NCBI GenBank assembly: GCA_050294405.1
Contig: JBNKOC010000018.1
Span: forward strand, 1-22,346
Direction of reading: 5' to 3'
Length of the DNA: 22,346 nt
Source of the DNA: Fibrobacteria bacterium
GTDB lineage: Bacteria; Fibrobacterota; Fibrobacteria; UBA11236; JADFYW01
Position numbers and translations under genes: made by a program. Position 1 is the first letter of the stretch; each line of letters opens with the position of its first letter. Shown here piece by piece: positions 1 through 8,790 of this stretch. Under the pieces are notes generated by a model. That model was given only the letters and a program-made list of their open reading frames with translations. It had not been told where the DNA came from and did no database searches.

Positions 1-141
1 CAATAACAGAAGGTTTCCACAATAAGATGGAAATGATATCAAGGAGAGCTTTTGGATTCAGAAACTTTAAGAATTACAGATTACGAATCAGAGCTACTTG
101 TTGTTAATATTTAAATATGCCCCCTTAATTGGGGTAGAGCC
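1..141 (+). mobile_element. Right end of an ISL3-family insertion sequence (truncated by window edge)
   Basis: Transposase C-terminus followed by a terminus ...TTGGGGTAGAGCC at 141, whose reverse complement starts GGCTCT, the typical ISL3 terminal motif. Confidence 0.85.
3..107 (+). CDS. ISL3-family transposase, C-terminal fragment (5' partial)
   Basis: Manual translation ITEGFHNKMEMISRRAFGFRNFKNYRLRIRATCC*, matching the ISL3 C-terminal signature (EGxxNK...RxAxGFRN..N.R). Confidence 0.9.
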   Translation: MTEGFHNKMEMISRRAFGFRNFKNYRLRIRATCC

Positions 142-157
142 AAACTACCCCAAATAC

Positions 158-196
158 AAAAAATGCTCCTCCACTCCATGAGCGAAGAAGCATTTT
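158..196 (-). terminator. Intrinsic terminator after tRNA-Gly
   Basis: Minus strand AAAATGCTTCTTCGCTC-ATG-GAGTGGAGGAGCATTTTTT: long stem with G-U pairs and a U-tract immediately after the tRNA CCA. Confidence 0.8.
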
Positions 197-197
197 C

Positions 198-273
198 TGG
201 AGCGGGATAAGAGACTCGAACCCTCGACCTTCTCCTTGGCAAGGAGATGCTCTACCAACTGAGCTAATCCCGC
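198..273 (-). tRNA. tRNA-Gly (anticodon GCC)
   Basis: 76-nt cloverleaf GCGGGATTAGCTCAGTTGGTAGAGCATCTCCTTGCCAAGGAGAAGGTCGAGGGTTCGAGTCTCTTATCCCGCTCCA: 7-bp acceptor stem, anticodon loop TTGCCAA, TTCGA T-loop, U discriminator, encoded CCA. Confidence 0.98.
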
Positions 274-358
274 AATTGGAGAGGTTAAATTAATAATTAT
301 TCTGCAAAATTCAATTTAGCAAAGCAGAATTTTTGATTTTTTTTCCATTTTTAGGCCC

Positions 359-2441
<2,083 letters not shown>

Positions 2442-2463
2442 GGGTGAAAGCAGTAAAAAAATT

Positions 2464-3159
2464 CTACCAGTCTTCGTCGTCTTCTTCGCCTTCTTCCTCT
2501 TCGGCTTCGGCCTCAGCTAAAATTTTTGCTTTTTCTTCAAGCAGGGAGTCCACAGTAGCGATGTATTCATCATCTTTAGGTGATTTGGCGGCAAAGTGGG
2601 CCAGCAGTTCTTCGCTGTGCTCGGGGGAGAAAGAAAGCTTCATATGTTTGGCAACGCGGCCTTTATAGCCCCAGCCTTTCATGATTTCTTCGTTAAGCTC
2701 AAAGGCGTCTTCAGGGGCGTAAAAGTGCATTTCCCGGGAATAGTACCCGTAGCAGCTTTTAAGATCCACACATTCAGGGCTTTGGTTTTCTTCTTTGTTT
2801 TCCATCCATTGGCGTATATGGCGTTTTCGAACCTCTAAAATCTTGTCGACTCGCATATAGCCCACAATCAAAAACTTGCCCTTAAACGGTTCCAAGGCAC
2901 CGTTGTACTGGGTGGCAAAGAAAAAATAGCGTCGTTTGCTTTTGTGAATGGAACTGTTGAGTTTTGAATTGCAACAGCTGAAAAAGGCGTATGAATTGGT
3001 CTCGTAATTGGGCTCAGATTGAAAACCTTTGCCGTTTTCATTGAGCACATCGCGTACGGGCAGGTCAGTAGTGGGAGAGGTCTCCATGTAGATCATGATC
3101 CCCTCGGTTTTTCCGCGGTAATCCTGCCATTTATCCACATTTAATTGTTTTCTAGGCAT
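2464..3159 (-). CDS. Hypothetical protein with acidic tail, possibly Nmad2/Nmad3-like (PUA-like fold)
   Basis: 231-aa ORF with protein-like composition, upstream AAGGAG and its own terminator. Motifs EPNYETxxY..xCC, YFFF and LIVGYMRVDKI; tail EAEAEEEEGEEDDEDW. Confidence 0.8.
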   Translation of the reverse strand: MPRKQLNVDKWQDYRGKTEGIMIYMETSPTTDLPVRDVLNENGKGFQSEPNYETNSYAFFSCCNSKLNSSIHKSKRRYFFFATQYNGALEPFKGKFLIVGYMRVDKILEVRKRHIRQWMENKEENQSPECVDLKSCYGYYSREMHFYAPEDAFELNEEIMKGWGYKGRVAKHMKLSFSPEHSEELLAHFAAKSPKDDEYIATVDSLLEEKAKILAEAEAEEEEGEEDDEDW

Positions 3160-3278
3160 ATAATTTTAAAGGAACTCCTTGAGGTCAAAAAAAGGCTGAA
3201 TTTTAAATTACCAAATTCCTTTAAATAAAGTAATAAGAATGCGTATCCCAGATGAGATTTTTTGAATATTTAAGATTC

Positions 3279-4133
3279 TCAGTAAGGTTTTACAATTTTT
3301 GGATTTAGCCGAAAATTTTGGCATTGTGGTTGAAAGCCCAATAGCCTTCCGCCAAGCTTGCTAAAACGTTCGGCGTTGGCTGTTACCAGAAAATGACAAC
3401 TGCCGTTCTGGCTCAGCCGAAGCCTCTGCTCATAGTGCCGGCTCAAATAATCTTTCCAGCTGGGCCCTAAGATCATACCCTGGTGAATCAAATGGATTTT
3501 GGCGGGCAGGGCCTTTTGGATTTCCTCAAATAGAATAGGGTAGTGGGTGCAGCCCAATAAAAGGGTGTCCAGATTATCGGATTGTCTAAGGGTGCTTTTC
3601 CAATAACTTTCAATGGCCCGGTCAATATCTCCAAGCTCGCCGGGCCCGGTTTCTATGTGAGGGACCAATAGGGGGCAGGCTTGTTGTATCACTTTAATTT
3701 GGGGGGCGTAATGCTCCAGCTCAATTTTATAGGAATCTGAAAGCACGGTACCCTCTGTAGCCCAGATTCCCACTGTTCCTGTTTTGCTTTTGGCTGCCAG
3801 ATATTCAACGGAAGGACGAATTACTCCCAAAACCCTTTTCCCTCCATGGTGCTTGGGCAAATAACGTTGTTGAATGGTGCGCAAGGCCTTGGCCGAGGCG
3901 GTGTTGCAGGCCAAAATCACAATCTGGCATTCCATTTGAAATAGTGTTTCCACGGCCTCCAGGCTGTATTCCAGTATGGTGTCAAAATCCCGGGGGCCAT
4001 AGGGAGCCCTGGCGCTGTCTCCCAAATACAAATAATCGAGCTCGGGTTCGACTTCTCGCAAGGCTTTTAAAATAGTGAGCCCGCCCAGGCCAGAATCAAA
4101 CACGCCTATTTTTTGAGTTCCTGAATTTTGCAT
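3279..4133 (-). CDS. murI: Glutamate racemase
   Basis: IGVFDSGLGG, DSARAPYG, and the catalytic ACNTAS and LGCTHY motifs. Confidence 0.97.
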   Translation of the reverse strand: MQNSGTQKIGVFDSGLGGLTILKALREVEPELDYLYLGDSARAPYGPRDFDTILEYSLEAVETLFQMECQIVILACNTASAKALRTIQQRYLPKHHGGKRVLGVIRPSVEYLAAKSKTGTVGIWATEGTVLSDSYKIELEHYAPQIKVIQQACPLLVPHIETGPGELGDIDRAIESYWKSTLRQSDNLDTLLLGCTHYPILFEEIQKALPAKIHLIHQGMILGPSWKDYLSRHYEQRLRLSQNGSCHFLVTANAERFSKLGGRLLGFQPQCQNFRLNPKIVKPY

Positions 4134-4521
4134 CTTATGCCAGACAATATAAACATATCCTCTTTAGGAACATAAAATTCTTTTTATCGGTTTATTTCGG
4201 CGTACATCCTATTTATTGAGAAATCCGCGCCTCAACAAACAAAAAAACTAGGAATATTTCGGCTTTATTTGTGCGCGCCGATCTATAAGCCTTGTACGTT
4301 TATCTACCAATAAGATTAGTGAGAATAAACCCTAATGGTGCAAAAATTCCAGATGCCCCGCACGACGTGACTGACTTTGGGTAATAAATTTTAAAAAAGT
4401 GCAGAAAGCACCAACGAAATTTTAAACTTGGGGGTACTTTAGACTTGGGACAAAAACACGGGAGGGGGGAACCTCTTTTGATTCAACCTGCAACGGCAAT
4501 TTCAAACGGGGATTCATCCGA

Positions 4522-5235
4522 ATGAATAGACGGAATAGGAACAGGTTGAAAATATGGCTCTTGGCTCCATGGATGTTGTGGATAAGCACATCCATGGGCC
4601 AGTCCACCGTAGAACTTCCCGATTACCTCGCAAATCCGAACACTCAAATTGATGATGTTATGGTAAGGTCGGAATATTCCGAAGGCCCTGCTGTTGATGC
4701 CGATGGCATTACCCTGGACGAAATGGGAAATGTATACAGTGTAAGCTACCGGGACAATACCATTTATGTATTTGATTCCACCGGGGTTGAAATCGGTAAA
4801 ATTGTAGTGGATGCGGCCAATGTTAGCAATTGTATTTTCGGAGGGCCAGAAGGAAAAACCCTGTATATAACCGGAGACGGGGTACTTAGAAAAGTGGAAT
4901 TAAAAGTCAAAGGACGCAACCCATTTAATAACAGCATGGTTCTATATGATTTTTACCCTGGAGAGAATGGCAGTGAGTATCCTGAGGGGTTGGAGCGGGG
5001 AACCCGAACTAACGATGTATGGCTTCATCTTTCTTCGGCAAGCAGTAACCCATATGAACTAAATTTATACGGCATTTTAGGAGAAAAAATTTCCAGCGGA
5101 AAAATGGAAAGGGGAATGAAAAAGGTAAAGTTTTCCATTCCAGGCACCTTTGTGCTTCCCTCAGCGCCTTATTTTGTGGAAATGAAAGATTCAGATACGG
5201 GCAAAACCCAAATCCAAAAGCTTTTTTTAAATTAA
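4522..5235 (+). CDS. Secreted SMP-30/gluconolactonase-family protein, internally deleted, with T9SS-like C-terminal tail (possible pseudogene)
   Basis: Signal peptide; the N-terminal SMP-30 motif YSEGPAVD is directly fused to the late motif DGITLDEMGNVY...SNCIFGGPEGKTLYIT. The C-terminus LYGILGEKI...YFVEM...QKLFLN resembles a type A secretion tail. Confidence 0.75.
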   Translation: MNRRNRNRLKIWLLAPWMLWISTSMGQSTVELPDYLANPNTQIDDVMVRSEYSEGPAVDADGITLDEMGNVYSVSYRDNTIYVFDSTGVEIGKIVVDAANVSNCIFGGPEGKTLYITGDGVLRKVELKVKGRNPFNNSMVLYDFYPGENGSEYPEGLERGTRTNDVWLHLSSASSNPYELNLYGILGEKISSGKMERGMKKVKFSIPGTFVLPSAPYFVEMKDSDTGKTQIQKLFLN

Positions 5236-5272
5236 TCTCGCAATTGCCGGCCTTTCAATTAATTTTTTCCAA

Positions 5273-5872
5273 ATGGAAAACGAAAGTAGCGACATATTTG
5301 AGCCTTTTTTTAACTTCGCAGATGCGCTGGTAAAATTTAAACCTTCTGATAGAAAAAAAATTCAAGATAGGCTAATTCCCCGGGAAGTGCCCAAAAATTA
5401 CCAGTTGGTAAAATTAGATCAAATTGCCAAAGAGGTTTATTTTATTAATAAGGGCTGCCTTCGCTTTTATTATATAACCGAAGAGGGAAAAGACATTACT
5501 GGTTTTGTATTTACAGAAAATATGTTTGCTGGCTCTCACGAAAGTTTCTTTTCTCAATTGCCCAGCAATCAGGTTTTAGAAACTTTGGAAGAAAGCCGGT
5601 TGTTGGCGCTTTCCTACGATGATTTGAATTCGTTATATGAGGACGTTCCCGATATTAACATTTTAGTGCGCAAGGTTTTGGAAATGCGAATGAGCCATGC
5701 CCAAAAAGTGATTGCCTCTTTAATTTCTTTAAAGCCGGAAGAACGCTACACAGCCTATGCTGATTTGCATCCCGGGCTGGAACAACGCATCCCCCAGCAT
5801 ATTCTTTCCACTTATATGGGGATCACCCCCGTTTCTCTTAGTAGAATCCGGGGAAGAAAAAGCAAAAAATAA
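5273..5872 (+). CDS. Crp/Fnr-family transcriptional regulator (Bacteroidetes-like short type)
   Basis: cNMP-binding domain (YFINKGCLRFYY..EGKDIT..F..EN) and C-terminal HTH (EERY...QRIPQHILSTYMGITPVSLSRIR). Confidence 0.93.
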   Translation: MENESSDIFEPFFNFADALVKFKPSDRKKIQDRLIPREVPKNYQLVKLDQIAKEVYFINKGCLRFYYITEEGKDITGFVFTENMFAGSHESFFSQLPSNQVLETLEESRLLALSYDDLNSLYEDVPDINILVRKVLEMRMSHAQKVIASLISLKPEERYTAYADLHPGLEQRIPQHILSTYMGITPVSLSRIRGRKSKK

Positions 5873-5894
5873 AAAGGCCTTTGCGGCTCATTTC

Positions 5895-5908
5895 TTAACA
5901 ATTGTTAA
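5895..5908. promoter_or_regulatory. Perfect 14-bp palindrome TTAACAATTGTTAA, probable operator of the adjacent Crp/Fnr regulator
   Basis: Perfect dyad 22 bp after the Crp stop and ~65 bp before the next ATG, which has a strong GAAGGAGG RBS. Confidence 0.65.
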
Positions 5909-5972
5909 TGAGTTAAAGGGAGGTCCTGGACTAATTTTAAAGAGAAATTCAAACAACCTTGAAGGAGGAAAA

Positions 5973-6241
5973 ATGAAAGACTCTCTTAAAAATTTGTTTT
6001 TTGGTTTTATTATTCTCAGCCCTATTTGTCTTAGCGCAGGGCATTTTGAAATAGAACTGGAGCCATTGGCTTATGCGCTGGGAGGGGCCTCCGAACATGG
6101 AACTTTAAAGCGTTTGTATATTACACCCTGGATGAGCGATTCTTATATTTTTAATAATTCAGAAATGGAATTGGCAGGAAAAAATACAATCTCAATCCTA
6201 TTAAAATTTTTCCAACGGTTCATTTAGGCTGGGCCTTTTAG
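5973..6241 (+). pseudogene. Decayed outer-membrane beta-barrel protein gene (frameshift plus probable internal deletion)
   Basis: RBS GAAGGAGG then ATG 5973 with a signal peptide. One extra A in the A6 run (6179-6184) would give ...GKKYNLNPIKIFPTVHLGWAF* (TAG ends 6241), a beta-signal-like end. The restored ~89 aa is too short for a barrel. Confidence 0.7.
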
Positions 6242-6251
6242 GGGGAGTAAC

Positions 6252-6710
6252 ATGTCAGAAAACAACAAAAATAAAATCCGCACCGAAATAATTATTGAAG
6301 CCAATGCTTCCAAAGTTTGGAATGTTTTACGTAACTTAAGCGAATGGTCTGAGTGGAATCCCTTTATGACTGAGGCTTCGGGGAATATTGAAGCGGGGGA
6401 GTCCCTTCGCCTTTGTTTTAGCAGCAAAAATAAAAAAATGGTCATAACTCCCCGCGTTCAGAAAGTGGAAAAGGAAAAAAGTTTTTCCTGGAAAGGTTCC
6501 GCGATGGCGGGCGCTTTTGTAGGTGAACATTATTTTATTCTGGAGAAAGAGGATGAAAATATCACTAAGCTAATACATGGAGAAAATTTTAATGGCTGGT
6601 TGGTATGGCTTATTTTGCCCTTGTTAAAGGCGGATACATTAAAGGGCTTTATGGAAATGAATCGAGCTTTAAAAAACAGGGTGGAATCTAAAGGGAATTC
6701 AAAAAGCTGA
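6252..6710 (+). CDS. SRPBCC/START (polyketide-cyclase-like) domain protein
   Basis: IRTEIIIEA..KVW.VL..LSEW.EWNPF N-terminus, GEHYF, F.EMN.ALK.RVE C-terminal helix; RBS GGGGGAG. Confidence 0.9.
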   Translation: MSENNKNKIRTEIIIEANASKVWNVLRNLSEWSEWNPFMTEASGNIEAGESLRLCFSSKNKKMVITPRVQKVEKEKSFSWKGSAMAGAFVGEHYFILEKEDENITKLIHGENFNGWLVWLILPLLKADTLKGFMEMNRALKNRVESKGNSKS

Positions 6711-8094
6711 TTAAGTTAACCCGTTCATTGTTATTTAACTTCATAAATTTGTCCCTTGCCTTTTTCGCCTCGCCTCCGTGCCACAAAACAGCTTCTTCCA
6801 GGTTTCTGGCCCTGCCATCATGTAAGTATTGACTGTGTCCGTTTACAGTTCTAAACATACCAATACCCCACAAAGGCGGGGTTCTCCACTCCCGCCCATT
6901 AGCCAAGAAGTCCGGTCGGTTATCTGCTAGCCCATCTCCCATGTCATGGAGTAACATATCGGTAAAGGGAAATATGACTTGCTCGTTTAGCTCAGGAATA
7001 GGACTGTTGCTCGATGTAGTCCATTGCCGGATATGGCATTTGGAACATTTCAATTCATCAAAAATCAGGCTGCCTTTTATAGCTGAGGGACTATCCCAGT
7101 TTCTGCGAGCTGGCACTGCCAAAAGCCTGGAATAAAAAACCAGGTCCGCCAAATCATCATCGGGTATTTCCGGGTCGCCTCCATGGGGAAAAGAATCCAA
7201 CCCTTGGGAATCCATGTGGTTTTCCTCGGGAAAGAGGGTGGAGGTTATGCCCATATCACCGACCAAGGCTCCTGCCACTTGCTGTTCCATGTTAGGCTCG
7301 TTGGCCTTCCAACCAAATCGCCCCAGGCTTTTGGCCCAGGTCACCCGGTTCCATACATAATTGGCCTTTCCCGAGATGCCATCGCCATCTTTATCTTCTG
7401 CATCCTCATTGGCTAATATGTCTTCCTCAGATATATTTTCCAGCAGCCCCAAACCTATCATTTGTGGCGCCACCCGGCCTGATAGTAACATTTCCGGGTG
7501 AAAATCGCCATAGGCGGCATCTGTTAATTGATACATGGGTTTCCGCAAACTAAATGACTCGCCATCGGGGTAATTGCCGGCAGAATCCATATAACTAACA
7601 TGGGCTCTGGCCTCCGCATGCAGTTCTAAAATGGAGCTTTCGTTTAATTGATCTCCATAGTTGGGTTCTGGCATAGGGCCCCCGTGTTGAGTTTCCCCCG
7701 GGATACTTAAGCGCAATAACATAGATTCCATGGCTACCCCTGGATTGGGACTCATGCCACGGCCATCTTTGGAATGGCATCGTATACAGGAACGGGCGTT
7801 AAATAGGGGACCCAATCCGTCCCGCTCAGTGTTATTGGCAGGGGCCGTTTCCCAATTTTTATTAAAAAGGGAATTGCCAGCAAAAAAATTGGTGAACTTT
7901 TGGCTGTTTAAATTGGAGGCGGGGTGGGTGAAAGCTGTAAAGCTGGAATCCAGAGTTGTGGTTTGCCCCCCCAGCATAATATCAACTGGAATGTCTTTTT
8001 TTTCCAAACTTTCGTTAACCAAACAAGATGTTAGGCAAAAAATTGAAATGGCTAATATTAAAGACGGCCTCAAAAATTTTTTTGGTTTTTTCAA
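6688..8094 (-). CDS. Di-heme oxidoreductase (DHOR, 'thiol oxidoreductase') family lipoprotein
   Basis: Lipobox FCLTSC; GGxTT; DGLGPLFNARSCIRCH and CSKCH heme motifs; D.DGDGISG, GRFGWKA, LLHDMG, WRTPPLWG, YLHDGRAR...HGGEA. Confidence 0.92.
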   Translation of the reverse strand: MKKPKKFLRPSLILAISIFCLTSCLVNESLEKKDIPVDIMLGGQTTTLDSSFTAFTHPASNLNSQKFTNFFAGNSLFNKNWETAPANNTERDGLGPLFNARSCIRCHSKDGRGMSPNPGVAMESMLLRLSIPGETQHGGPMPEPNYGDQLNESSILELHAEARAHVSYMDSAGNYPDGESFSLRKPMYQLTDAAYGDFHPEMLLSGRVAPQMIGLGLLENISEEDILANEDAEDKDGDGISGKANYVWNRVTWAKSLGRFGWKANEPNMEQQVAGALVGDMGITSTLFPEENHMDSQGLDSFPHGGDPEIPDDDLADLVFYSRLLAVPARRNWDSPSAIKGSLIFDELKCSKCHIRQWTTSSNSPIPELNEQVIFPFTDMLLHDMGDGLADNRPDFLANGREWRTPPLWGIGMFRTVNGHSQYLHDGRARNLEEAVLWHGGEAKKARDKFMKLNNNERVNLISFLNSL

Positions 8095-8124
8095 AATATA
8101 ATCGTTGCCCTGGTTTTACCTCTT

Positions 8125-8790
8125 TTAAAAGGCGTATCCTAATCCCATTTCTGCCTGGATTATAGGCCAAAAAACATCGGGTTTGTTATGGTATACGGCT
8201 CCTAATTCGGTACCCGCATAAAATTTTAATTTCTGACCTACTTGTAAACCTGTAGTGAGAGTGGGCCCCAAGGCCCAAGAAGTGCCTATTTCGTCTTCAT
8301 AGGAAAGGGCATAAAGCCTATTTTGTTTGGGGAACAAATAACTGTTAAGCTTAATACCCCAATAGCTTACTTTATTAGAGCGGAAAAGGTAGGAAGGAGC
8401 TAAATACAAAGCCTGATGTTGGAACTCGGCATCACTTGTGTAGTAGCCGAACCCCAATTTAAAAATATCTCCATTGTCATTTGTTTTTGTTCTAAAATCT
8501 GCTAAGGCTCCAATCATGTCTAAAAAATTATGTATTCGAATACCCATATCCTTATTGTTACCAAGTCCGTATCGGTAGTAACCGGCGGCTTCCACTGGAA
8601 AGATTCCCAAAAAGGTCTGGCCTCCAACCCCTAATTGGGAATTTCCCTTTTCCATGATTTCAGGCGGTTGGTTATCCCCGGGAATTACGCAATTGGCAAA
8701 AAAAATAACATCGAGGGCTACAAAGGATAAAATCCCAACTAAAAAGATATGGCGCTGCATTTTGGAAAATAAAACTTTAATAATGTTCAT
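8125..8790 (-). CDS. Putative outer-membrane beta-barrel protein, possibly lipidated
   Basis: Hydrophobic N-region ending IFFANC, amphipathic Gly/aromatic-rich strands and C-terminal AEMGLGYAF. The start overlaps the rSAM stop (ATGA). Confidence 0.75.
   Translation of the reverse strand: MNIIKVLFSKMQRHIFLVGILSFVALDVIFFANCVIPGDNQPPEIMEKGNSQLGVGGQTFLGIFPVEAAGYYRYGLGNNKDMGIRIHNFLDMIGALADFRTKTNDNGDIFKLGFGYYTSDAEFQHQALYLAPSYLFRSNKVSYWGIKLNSYLFPKQNRLYALSYEDEIGTSWALGPTLTTGLQVGQKLKFYAGTELGAVYHNKPDVFWPIIQAEMGLGYAF

Noticed and set aside
4134..4521. Divergent intergenic region as possible riboswitch/ncRNA, and ORF 4422..4607
   Set aside because: No recognisable riboswitch consensus or strong stem; the ORF is antisense to the signal-peptide region of the 4522 gene.
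5757..5972. 5' part of the 156-aa ORF 5757..6227
   Set aside because: Overlaps the Crp gene and operator; the strong RBS and signal peptide point to ATG 5973.
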